Origin: Nemertoderma westbladi | Lineage: Eukaryota > Animalia > Xenacoelomorpha | Direction: 5' to 3' | Assembly: GCA_032718475.1 (NCBI GenBank) | Contig: JAUCBJ010004582.1 | Coordinates: 1-53,557, forward strand | DNA length: 53,557 nucleotides | In this document: positions 1 to 11,359 of the stretch, in pieces | How positions within the stretch are numbered: position 1 is the first letter of the stretch | Layout of the letters: every line of letters begins with the position of its first letter | Translations under genes and position numbers: made by a program | Notes under the pieces: model-generated | The model's database searches: none | The model's input: only the letters and a program-made list of their open reading frames with translations | Told to the model about the DNA's origin: nothing

Positions 1-470
1 TCGAAACCAGAACGCCAAAAAACCCCAATTGCGAAAAAAACAAGTTTCAAACAATCAATTTACAAAATTGACATATTTCAAAATTTGGTGCTGGCACCAA
101 AATTTGGCACCCGCCGTAAAAAACAAGTTTGAAATTTCTGAATCAATTTATATGAATTCCATCCAATTGCGAACACCAAAAAACCGGTGTAAATAAAAAA
201 TAGAGATGTTACAATTAGTATTTAATGAAATGTAATTTTCAAAAAACATCTCAAATAAAGTGCCAAAAGTAGGGTTAAACAATGGTGCTATAATTCGAAA
301 ATTACCCAATATTTTTAAAAACGGTTTTTACTACTAGGAAGACAATAGATTTTTAGCAAAAGTCATAAAATTTCAGATTCCCAACTGCGTTTGTTTCAGA
401 ATTATAATAAAAAAACCACGGGGGGGGTCATATTGACCCCCTCCCCCCCCCCCCCCCGGGTTTAATATGG
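1..470. mobile_element. End of a non-autonomous piggyBac-like DNA transposon/MITE, apparently inserted into the 5' part of LINE-A
   Basis: Ends ...CCCGGGTTTAATATGG immediately followed by TTAA (471-474), the piggyBac target. Subterminal palindrome GGGGGTCA-TAT-TGACCCCC. The other end is outside the window. Confidence 0.45.
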
Positions 471-474
471 TTAA

Positions 475-3400
475 CGGCTATTAAAATCCTTATCTACATC
501 ACACAATTATACCTCACATCAGGCATAGATATATTAATTATAATAAGTCTCACAATTCGACAGGCCATTCTAATGTCTGGCAATGTGCACCCAAATCCAG
601 GCCCACTAATACCACAAGGTCCCCTATGGACGAATATGTACCATATACCACAATATTTGAACAACAATACAGACCATATAAAATTAATTCACATAAACAC
701 CAGAAGCCATACAAAGCACTACAATGATCTCAGGGATCTCCTTCAGAACGACCAAGATTATAGGAATAGCACAATAATTGGCATATCAGAGACATGGCTA
801 AAGCGCAATATTTCATCACAATCTATAGGTCTGCCCGGTTACACTATTGTCAGGTCTGATCGTAAAAAGAAGAAAGGGGGAGGGCTAATGTACTACATCC
901 CGAGTAACACGAAATACAAATTAAGAAACGACATTAACACAAGCAATAGCACGAATAAACAATATGACTCACTATGGATTGAAACGTATGGCACTTTAGT
1001 AGGACTGTTCTACATACCACCAAAGGCTAATAACTTCTGGAGTGATATAACCGAGGAGCTCGAAAATGCAACAAACACATCCACCAACATTCTCCTTATG
1101 GGGGATTTCAATATCGATTATAAAGCTACGAAATCCTCTAATAAAAATAACACAGCAGCATATTACAAAAATACAAAATTTCAAGAAATACTGGCAACAT
1201 ATAACCTCATGACACTCAATACTGAACACCCAACAAGATATACACCAAAAAGTAGTTCTCTGATCGATCTATTCATCACATCAAATATAAACATAGCCAA
1301 AGAATGTAATACATTCCCATCAGATTTCTCTGATCACGAAATCATAGTATTAACCACACAGCTGAAAACCAATTCGAACACCACACAAACCAAAAAACAG
1401 AAGAAACCAGTAAATATCACATACCGAGACTACAAAAACTTAAATGAAAAATTATTCATAAGCGATGCAAGCAAAATTATATGGACAGAAGTATACCAAG
1501 AAACTGATGTCAATGTAGCATACAACCATTTTGAGGAGAAAATTGAACAATTATACAACAAACATATCCCCATAATAACAAAGAAATACAACAAAACCAA
1601 AGATAAAATAAAATGGCGCCGTGGTGGACACACGAAATAGTATCATTAAACTTAGAAAAACAGAAAAAACGTATACTGTGGAGACATTCAAAAAAAGAAT
1701 CTGATTACAACGATTTTAAACTAACAAGAAATAAATTTAACACGCTAAACAAAAACCTAAAAAACCAATACGTGAAATCAAAATTTAATGACGCCAAAAA
1801 TTCAAAAGAGAAATGGACCGTCATAAATAAAATAACAAACAGGAACAAACAAGTGGAGGGGGGGATTATTGCATTATTCAACACTGTTACTAAGAAACTT
1901 ATATACGAATCAATTCCAATAGCCAACATATTGAACGACGCATACTTAGGATTGGGAAACTTTCCATCGCGAGGGACATATAAAAATTCAAAAAAAATAG
2001 CTAAATATAGTTTCAGTTTCACTAATATATCAAAATTAGAAATATATGAGATAATTACAAAAATTGATACAAGTAAGCCAAATGCCCATCCATATTTTCA
2101 CCGAAAACAATTAAGCTTATTGCCCCTATCATACTAACTCCACTTACTCATACCACCATTAATCTATGTCTGACAAAAAGTATTTTCCCACACAAACTAA
2201 AGTCCACATATATTACACCAGTATTTTAAAAAGGTGATAGGGAAGACGCAACAAACTACAGACCAATATCAGTCACCACCATACTAAAACGAATCTTTGA
2301 AACAATTCTATACAAACAAATCATGAACTACCTAAATAAAAATAAAATATTACAAAATAAACAATTTGGTTTCAGAAAGGGATACAGTACAATGGATGCG
2401 GTCATTTACGCAACCGAATCATGGAGGTGGGAATTAGATAATAACAAGTATGAAGCAATTGGTGTGTTAGAATATCTGTGTTAGAACATATTCTCAGAGT
2501 GGTCTATTTGTAATAGGGGCATTCCACAGGGAACAAATTTGGGACCTATATTCTTCTTAATATACGTGAATGATATTCAGCCACAGCGATAAAGCTCCTT
2601 AATGAGCAAATATTAAACATTGAAAATATATTAGGATCACAATGCATGCAAATAAACACAAACAAAACAGAACTTATGCTCTTATCACCTACAAAAAGAA
2701 CCTCAGAAACAAACAATTATAGTCTCACATTACATAATAAGATTATTGCGCAATCGTCGGAAATTACATAGTTAGGAATTATAATCAACAATAATCTAAC
2801 ATGGGAAAACCAAATCGATGCCACATCACACAAAATGTCAGCAGCAACATCCGGGATACGCCAAATTAAGGGTCAGCTTCCCACATCAACAAAATTGATG
2901 CTCTACAAGACATTGGTCATGCCTTACCACAATTACTGCAGTGCACTATTTACACCCTTTCATGACAAACACGGATACAAAGGAAAATTATACAAAATGG
3001 ACAAAATACAGAACTATGCCCTGCGATTAGTTTATAACAAAAAGATACGAGACATGACAGGTACTCAACTTAGAAAATTAGCCAAATTGCCACACTTGAA
3101 TGCACTACGTGAATACCACGCACTCAAATACCTCTACAAATATGTTACAAATCAAATCGCGCCATTCCAAAACCTAAAACTACCATTCCTTTCACAATTA
3201 CTAAATAATAATAAATTACTAATTGTACGCACAAACACAATCAAGATACCAAAGACAAATAACAAGTATGGTACATACTCATTCTTTGTCGCCTGCAGTC
3301 GCACATGGAATAGATTAAGAAAAGTCGTACGTGATAAAATTCGCAATAATAACTTCATCCCACAATTCAAGAAACATTTCATGGAACAATACGACAGGTC

Positions 3401-3861
3401 AGCCATCACCTAGCAACAAAAAATAACTCAAATATATTATAAAATCACACATTACACATTATTATATTGCGCTCTCCGTCGTCAGATACGCCTACAATTG
3501 TGCTAGTACTTAGTTTCGTCTATGTTTGTATGGTTTGAGTTTGTATGTAGTGTGTACTGTATGTATGAATGGAAATCTTACCGTAGGTAGGCACATCTGT
3601 GTGATGAACACTTACCCTCTCCTGTATGTATTCTATCTGTATGTATGTCTAGGCCTGGTTTTAACCACTAACTTTAATGTATATTAAACTTATACTGTAT
3701 AAATAGCATATTAGTCATTATTACATTATACATTTGTTCTAAACATTTGAGCCCGTCGACTTTGGCCTTTTTAATTATCAGTTACGGTGTATTTAGTATA
3801 CTAATAACTGCCTTCAGTCAGCTTGCTGACTGAAGTTTTAAGGCTAATAAATTGAATTGAA
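475..3861 (+). mobile_element. Non-LTR retrotransposon LINE-A (CR1/L2 group), decayed ORF2 plus 3' UTR
   Basis: APE endonuclease then RT remnants. The 3' end has a hairpin (CTTCAGTCAGC-TT-GCTGACTGAAG, 3812-3835), AATAAA and a TTGAA-repeat tail. Confidence 0.9.
573..3413 (+). pseudogene. LINE-A ORF2: 2A-like peptide, APE endonuclease and reverse transcriptase, with frameshifts and deletions
   Basis: Endonuclease motifs HINTRS, GISETWL, GDFNID, LIDLF and SDH in 573-1640. RT pieces NYRPIS, QFGFRKG and GIPQGTNLGPIFFLIYVND in 2250-2580, but the YADD/FADD segment is missing. C-terminal part is ORF 2835-3413. Confidence 0.9.
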
Positions 3862-4555
3862 ACTTATGCACAAATTGCCTAGGTTCAGGACATAAGGTGG
3901 ACAAGTGTAACAGCATATGGAGGTGTAAGGCCCAAAAGTGTGGTAAGAAGCACAGCACATTACTGCATTGGGCATTGATTCCAGTAGTCGGGCGTATAGT
4001 TGAGCAGAGGGCAGTGAGTCAGGCTGGAGTTGCTCCGCGTGAGAGAAACACTGAGTTGGGAGTAGTATCGGTACAGCCGGTGGGTGGATCAGAGAAGGTA
4101 GGGTGAGTCGAGCAGTATTGAGTTCGTGGCTGAGTGACGTGGCCCGAGAGGTAGTATTATTACGAGTTGTGGCAGTGCGGATGTATGGTGTAGACGGCCA
4201 AGTTGAGGATACATACGCAGTGTTGGACCCATGTAGTGAGTTGACTCTGGTAGAGCATGGGTTGGCAGAGCGATAAGGTTTATGTGGACCAACTGAGGAG
4301 CTGACGATTGGGTCGGTGGAACATGACGGGAGTGCTAGGCCCGCCATGTTGGTGTCATTCTCAGTTGGGGTGTGTAATGGGTCGAAGGGGTCTACCAGGT
4401 GGACAAGGCGTGGACTATCCCGAAAATTAATGTCATCCCTGAGGTTGAGCATGGCGAGTGTGAAGGAGAGGTATCCGTATTTAGTGGATCTGCCGTTGCC
4501 CGAGAAGATCGACTATTTGAAAGTGACAGTTCTGTTGGGAGCAAGGTTCCCAGCG
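3862..4555 (+). pseudogene. BEL/Pao gag (zinc knuckles) and protease-region fragment
   Basis: Plus-strand translation LCTNCLGSGHKVDKC...RCKAQKCGKKHSTLLH matches BEL Gag knuckles. ERYPYLVDLPLPEKIDYLKVTVLLG resembles the BEL post-protease segment. Stops and frameshifts are present. Confidence 0.75.
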
Positions 4556-5389
4556 GAATCCCAACACGCGGAACAACTACCTACCTCTTCATGTGGTGCA
4601 GTGGTCCTGTGTTCTCTACCAATCCCAACCCGTCTGGCCCTGTCATGGCCATGTAGACAGCTTGCATGTCCCGGAGGTTGGGGGTCTCCGGTCTGACGAT
4701 CCTCTCCGCACCGTCGCGGATCGCTGATCCCACCTTCACTGTTGTCTTCTCTCTTACTAGGTCTTGTACCGCCCTTGGCAACCGGTTTAACTTCGGCCCA
4801 CACTTCTTGCCTTACGTTCCTAAATCGAATAGGAATATGTCTCCATTTGGCGCAGCCAAATGCAGTAGTATGGTTCTGGCCGACCCCGCCGACCCTCTTC
4901 TCGAACCCTCTTCGTCCTCCAGAGTCCCCTCGTCGTCTAGGACCATGTATCCTCCCCTGTTTACGGACTCTACGAACCTCCTCCAGTCCTTTCTCGGTGG
5001 TTCTCTTGGATACTTCGGTATCCCGAACTTCGCTTCGTCTCCTTTCACTATGTAGTGGAAATGCTCGAGGATCGCGTTGTCCAGCGACGGTGTCCCATAG
5101 GTCCCGACCAGTCGCCTCTCGTGCAACTCCCTGAAGTGGTCCTGCAGGGCTTGTGCTTTGTGACCCTTCGCTAGCGGTTCGTAGTATCCCCTCGTCTTCT
5201 CCTCCGGATGCCTTTGCGTGAAGTCCACTAGTATCTCTTTTCTACTCCTCTCCATCTTTCTCTTCTTAACAAGTCTCTCCGCCATTACGAACTCCCACGC
5301 TCGCTCACCTGCTTGGTGGTGCCTTGCCAAGGCTCAAGTAGATGAGTGACATTTACTAAGATGGTCTGTGTTGGTTCAGTAATGGCCAT
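4556..5389 (-). pseudogene. Decayed ORF with a DnaQ-like (DEDDy, WRN/Mut-7/EXD-type) 3'-5' exonuclease domain; inferred accessory ORF of the minus-strand BEL element
   Basis: Joined frames give ExoI-like YMVLDDEG, then TILLHLAAPNGDIFLFDL, ExoII-like VKVGSAIRDGAERI and LRDMQAVY. Probable original ATG at 5389. Truncated at ~4556 before an ExoIII motif. Confidence 0.65.
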
Positions 5390-5809
5390 CTCTCTCAAAT
5401 CCTATGTTTGTAGTATATTTTTACCTATACGCCCCCCAAAGTGCCAATTTTCCTAAATCCCCTAAATTTGTCAGTTACTTTTATTATGTTCTAGAATTTT
5501 TCACTTACTGTAACCATAATTCGTTGGATTTTATTTGTAATACTATTTTAATTTTTTATTAATATGCTATTATCGCTTATAGTGGGTTATTTTTACTTAG
5601 ATAACCCCTATAGTTTGTATACAGGGTAGACTAGCTATTTCCTACTGTGCTAGTCTGTACCAGGTAGCCTCCTGGCCCTGTATCAAACATCCTAACTTAC
5701 TCTATGGCCCGTGCAGTACAGTAGTCTGTCTCGTGCGGCCTACACGGTCTATCCTGCTGTACCCATGTGCCCCCCTCTCACTTTCGTGGCGCTTTCTGTG
5801 CCCACAACC

Positions 5810-6335
5810 TCTACGGTACTACGTACCCTACTACACTACTCTTATGATATATTTATATCATACTCTTTACTCTCTTGCTACTAACTCTTACTAACTCTAC
5901 TAACTCTGCTTCTAACTCTATCGGTACTACGTACCCTGCCACTACTCTCGTGGTATGTTTATATACCGCACTCCCTATACTTCTAACTTCTACCAGCGGT
6001 ACTATGTACCGTGCCACTACTCTTCGTGGTATGTTTATATACCACACTCCCTGTACTTCTATCTGCCTACTAACGGTACTATGTACCCTACTACTCTCGT
6101 GGTACGTTAATGTACCACACTCCCTATACTTCTGCCTACGGTACTATGTACCCTACTACTCTCGTGGTACGCCTATGTACCACACTCCCTATACTTCTGC
6201 CTACGGTACTATGTACCCTACTACTCTCGTGGTACGTCAATGTACCACTCTCCCTATACTTCTGCCTACGGTACTATGTACCCTACTACTCTCGTGGTAT
6301 GCCAATGTACCACACTCCCTAACTTCTGCCTACTT
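5810..6335. repeat. Tandem array of a 65-bp unit, each containing a GTGGTAY-N6-RTACCAC hairpin
   Basis: CGGTACT recurs at 6074, 6139, 6204 and 6269 (exact 65-bp period). More degenerate units lie at ~5920-6070. Confidence 0.9.
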
Positions 6336-6483
6336 ACTTCTCACTACGTACTATCGTCGCTGGATATACTGCAGTACTGCAGTATGCAACTATAGCTCAG
6401 TAGTAGTTAGATAGGCCTACCCTAATCAACTGACCCATACATCAGACTTTAGACCTTAAGACTTTAAACCAGTTACTATACCG

Positions 6484-7348
6484 GTGCTACGCTTACCGAA
6501 CGCATACCCTATTATGTCTGTCGCATGGAAAGACGTCGGACCAACTCTGATGGAAACGTTAGAACAAATAAAAAAAGATACTGCCTTGATCCCGATAATC
6601 GTGCAACAATTAGTTGAAACACGCACCGAAAACCACCAGCTTAAACTTGGAAACGACTCCCTTATGCAATACATCCGACGCTACAATGTACTTATTCATG
6701 CGGTTCCGGAATCAATAACTGTAGAAGAAGAAAGAGGCAAAGTTCAGAAAGTTGTGGAACAACTAGGTATAACATTCGAAAGCGTAGATGTATTCCACAG
6801 CTTAGGACCGAAACCGAGTAGGCCTATATCAAACGATTCGGATGGGACTGCAGTAGGCCAGTCATCAGAATTAAAGGCCAAACTACGTCCAATTCTGATC
6901 AAATTCTTAGGTCATCGCCACCGCCTGTCCGCTTTAATGAACCAACGCAAAATTGAGCCCGCTTACGTGTCTGACCACCTAACACCACGACGTGCCACTA
7001 TCTTACGCCAACTAAGAGAGTATAAAAAGAAAAATCCAGGATCCTATACACGCAGCCTATTCCCGTAATGGCAAAGTCTATATGAAGAAGACAGAATCTT
7101 CTCGACCGCTGCACGTAGTCGACGAGAATACTGCCAATTCCATAGTTGGCGTCGCACCCAAACCAAGTATAGAGCAGTCTATCCTCGATCTTCTCCACCA
7201 ACCAGTTGATCCGAATACCTACCATCAAGTATCAGAAAGAAGAACCAGTCGTCGGAATGCGAACGTACGTTCCGGCTCGCAATCAATGGCGGATACTTCG
7301 AATAGTAACGGCGCTGTCAACAACCGATATAACTACTTATCATCCTAG
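6484..7348 (+). pseudogene. LINE-B ORF1 (coiled coil plus RRM-like domain), frameshifted near 7060
   Basis: RRYNVLIHAVPE, RPILIKF and YVSDHLTPRRATIL are typical CR1/L2-type ORF1 motifs. Confidence 0.8.
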
Positions 7349-7539
7349 TATGGGGTTTGGCTCGCCATACCCATGTTATCTGTATGAACCCACCCAGTTA
7401 CCCTCAAACCGGGTCACCCTGGTCAATGGTTCTGACCCGTTTTCTTAAAACCTGTAACGAGGAATTATTGGTGATGGTCATTCTGTTTATTAGCCCATTT
7501 CTTTCTTGAGATCGACCACTTAAAGCTTAGCTTAATTTT

Positions 7540-8070
7540 TCAAAATATTGATACATATAATAACTCTAGACGATTTTTTTTTCTTTTTGCAAGTATGTCG
7601 TTGAAATATGTTTTCTTTTTATCTTATATTTCAGACTTTTTTCAATGCCCGTCACTAGTTGGTATGTAATTGGCTGTCTCACTATATAGTCTCATAAACT
7701 TAAAATGGATATTCAATTCTATCTACTTCAACTGGATCCGCAGTTTTACAAAAAAAAATTTCGTTTTCTTTTTTGAAAGTATATATAATAATTCATTGAG
7801 ATACGTTATTTTGTTTATCTTATCCCTCAGTTTCTTTTTTCAAAATATGACATATATATTATTGGTATAGAAACTTAAAACTAGATACTCAAATCCATTC
7901 TAATTTAGATCCACAGTTTCCTTTCCTTTCGCAAGTATATAATTTATTCATTGAGTTATGTTTTTTGGTTATCCTATCCTTCATATGGAATCACCCATAT
8001 ATTTTCCAAAATATGATATATATTACTGGTATATGTAATTGGCACTTTCCAAAATATGATATATTATTTG
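7540..8070. repeat. Degenerate AT-rich tandem repeats in the LINE-B inter-ORF spacer
   Basis: Recurrent CAAAATATGAYATATAT..TGGTATA and CAAGTAT..ATTCATTGAG..TTATC blocks. Confidence 0.55.
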
Positions 8071-8192
8071 TTCTTTAGGTAAAAAAAATATTACTTATTC
8101 AATATTGGGTTTTTTAGTTTTTTACCCTTTCAAATATATATGGGTACAGTTTAAACTCTATCTATTATTATAGCTATAAATTTGTATATTAT

Positions 8193-8679
8193 ATGTCCCC
8201 TCCCGTTCCACCTTCTTGTTCATTCTGTTTCTCAGTAGTATCCCCGTCTGATTTATTGCTAAATTGCTCAATTTGTAAAAACACTTTCCACTTCCCGTGC
8301 GGGACCTGTCTTGATTTATCTGATCTCTCCATATCGAAATCTGACCTCTCCATCACAACCTATTGTATTCACTGCTACTCTGATTCATTTCCCTTTGCTA
8401 ACACACTTTCCTCTGATACTGATATATTCCCATCTAATGACGACAACAATAATGACAATACCGACTTCACAGATTCAAATAACCGTTTTCATTCGATTGA
8501 CCCAGACAGTAATTTACTTTCCACAATTAACAGCTCTGACTACTATAATTAAGACTCATTCAATACCCTAGTAGACCAACAGACCAGTAACAAGAAGCAA
8601 CTATCCGTGCACTGTTAACCAACTGCAGAAGTCTCCGGAAAAACTTTCAGGATACAACAACTCATTTAGATTTACTTAA
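8193..8679 (+). pseudogene. LINE-B ORF2 N-terminus: PHD-type zinc finger, IDPD motif and start of the endonuclease
   Basis: CSFC...CSIC...FHFPC...YCIHC fits the C4HC3 pattern. The endonuclease motif TNCRSL follows. Confidence 0.8.
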
Positions 8680-9742
8680 CTAGAAAGCCAGCAAGCTGGC
8701 TGGAAGGAGCCCGGGGGAAAAATCCTAGCCAAGACTATTACAAAGAACTATGTCAGTCAGCAGTAAGTAAACTAAAATTGTCTAAACTGCAAGGCGTGAG
8801 GCTAGCTGACTTTGTGGCTCGCCCCACATAATAAAAAATGCAACTTAGCTACCACTAACAAAAATATAATATGAAGCAAATAATTTCATTATCAAGAACG
8901 TTTACAAGATATAAGATGCGATTACCGAATATTTATAAAAAATGCCCATGATGCACAACCAGATAAATAACAACGAATAGAGCCAAATAACAAATTTAGT
9001 TTCCTTCTATAGGTATTACCCCGTCGTCAAGCGGAATATCTCTTCCCAGTGAATTCTATGTGAATATGTAATATAGGTACTCCTTAGGCGGTAGGCCAGA
9101 GCGGGCTCCTTAAATACATGCAACTACTGTATTATAGTGTAGGTCAACTATAAAACATTTTGCAATCCACAGTGAGTATCGACTGCAATAGGACACAACA
9201 CACTGCTTTGTGTAACTAAAATTCATTCTCCTGATCCACCCCCTAACATAGCAGAGTGAGTAACCTTATTGTAGATATACCCTTAGGAAGCACTGGGAGA
9301 GCAATCAGCTTATGGGGTAATACATTAGAAACCAACAGCTTATGTGTGAGTAAACATTGCCTTTCCTTATAGCCTACTAGTAAAACTTGGCAACCAACAC
9401 GTTTTTCTATGACTGTGTATAACATATTAAGCCATATTTCATCATGAACACCAGCTGTTATTTTACCATTGCTTTTAATTTCGCGACAAAACAATGTCAA
9501 AAAACTAAATATATCGAATACCACACATAGAATCGATCTGAAATTTTGTAACGCGATTATGAACCACCAAAGCAATGTACTTGCAAAATTTCATCAAAAT
9601 CGCCAGGCAGGAAGTGCCTTAACCTAGATAATTATCAGTCAGTATGTCAGTCAGTCAGTCAGTGTAATGTATCCTGAGATTTTTACAGAAAGTATCCCTG
9701 AGATTCTTACAGTAAGTATCCCGCTGTCAAGCGGGCTCCTAA
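8680..9742 (-). mobile_element. Helentron-associated non-autonomous element (HINE/DINE-1-like) no. 1
   Basis: Removing it restores the LINE codons LLN-KQFD at an AA/TT site. It has subterminal inverted repeats AGGAGCCCG (~8705) and CGGGCTCCT (9732-9740), terminal hairpins CCCGCT-GTCA-AGCGGG and GCCAGC-AA-GCTGGC, and a (CAGT)n microsatellite at ~9636-9664. Confidence 0.75.
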
Positions 9743-10112
9743 TAAACAGTTTGACATATTAACTTTTACAGAGACATTTCTTACTGACGAAACAGACCTC
9801 TCTTTAACTAAACTTGACGGATACAGTGGACCTCTCACAAATAATAGACTATACGGGAAATTGGACAGGGGCGGAACCGCAATCTATATCAAAGACGGAC
9901 TACAATATTCTATACAGACAAAATTTAATTTGGATGGATGTGAATCTTCTTGGGTACTACTGAAACCAGGCGGAGTAAACAACACTAACAGAAAACCATT
10001 ACTCATAGGAACAATTTACCGACCAGATACTTGCCCAGAAGTTAAATTCTTAGACGAATTAAACCGCAATCTTAACATTATTTCTGATCTTAAATACGAT
10101 ACAATTATTACA
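9743..10112 (+). pseudogene. LINE-B endonuclease, middle piece
   Basis: FDILTFTETFL, RGGTAIYIK and LLIGTIYRP. Confidence 0.85.
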
Positions 10113-11359
10113 CGTTCGTGGGGCCTTCGCGCAACACGAGGCCCAGTTATGAGATACAAATTAATATCGAGCGACTGTATCACAAAATCAGTATTTAACT
10201 TTATAAATTAGTAAAATTTAGAAATTTAACCACACCGCCAATCAATCAAAAAAAGAGGGACAGTACGTGTTCAGCCCTTTAAATCTGCACCCCCACCCCA
10301 CCCCACCCCACCCCACCCCACCCCACCCCACCCCCCCCCCCCCACCCTTCCCACCCACCAATACATAACCGCGACATCTACCACCCACGGAAGGTAGCAC
10401 GAACTTATTTCCAATCGCACGTTCAATATGCGAAGCCAGGTGGTTTATAGGAATATAATCTACGCAGTACTAAATACAGTCGATGCAGTAATGAATGATA
10501 TTCAAATAATTTATTTAATATACTGTTAATGCCTCTGAAAACTTAGACAATTAAAATACACAGAAATCCCATCAAAAAATAATAAGCATAATATTTTGAG
10601 AAATAAACAATTTTGGATATAAGCCTTCTGCAGTGGTAATCTTATTGACTGACAATCATTAAATGAGATCTGTCTATTACCTGAGACTAAAGAACACAGA
10701 CTCTATAGTGTAATAGGAGGTAGGGAATGCAGGTTTCAATCTCGTTAGGTCTAGCTGGCAGCCGTGTGGCTAGTTACATACAACCCCCCTCCACTGGCAT
10801 TCCCAGCAACTGGCTCCCTTACACACACATCCCCCATCTATGTACCAGCCAACTTGCAAGTTGGCCAATAAATGATCAGTATTTAATGAGAATCCATTTT
10901 TTATGCCGTTTTAATTACTTTAGATCAATTAAAGACACAATTATTAAAGCAAATCACTTGAACTAATTAAAAACTATAATAGAATGGCGTATGTGGATTA
11001 CATCTGTATAATTTTTAATTATAATTATTTAAATCTTATACTGTAAAACAATTAATTTCCTTTAAAAGGCAGGTTGAAAATTGTGTTTTCACCGTAATCA
11101 ACTTAATTAACTAATTAACTGCTATTATCTTAGCTTCTCGAAGGCCACACGGAAATTCTACTTGGAAAATTTCTAAACTTTTGCCAAACAACATGTGTAC
11201 CAAGTTTGGATAGATTTCATCAAAGATTGGCTGAGTTATTAACGTTTAAAATTGAACACGACAGAACGACAGAACGACAGAACGACAGAACGACAGAACG
11301 ACAGGTTGATTAATGGTACCACTACGCTAAGGCTCACTCACTTCGTGGCTCGCCCCACA
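10113..11359. mobile_element. Non-autonomous insertion, probably HINE-like no. 2
   Basis: Removing it restores TIIT-GDINI. It has short subterminal inverted repeats GTGGGGC/GCCCCAC, (CAGAACGA)n at ~11255-11303 and (CCCCA)n at ~10290-10350. Its end GTGGCTCGCCCCACA also occurs inside element no. 1 at ~8814. Confidence 0.65.

Noticed and set aside
5810-6335. CRISPR-like appearance of the palindromic repeat array
   Set aside because: There are no unique spacers (whole units repeat), no cas genes, and the context is eukaryotic.
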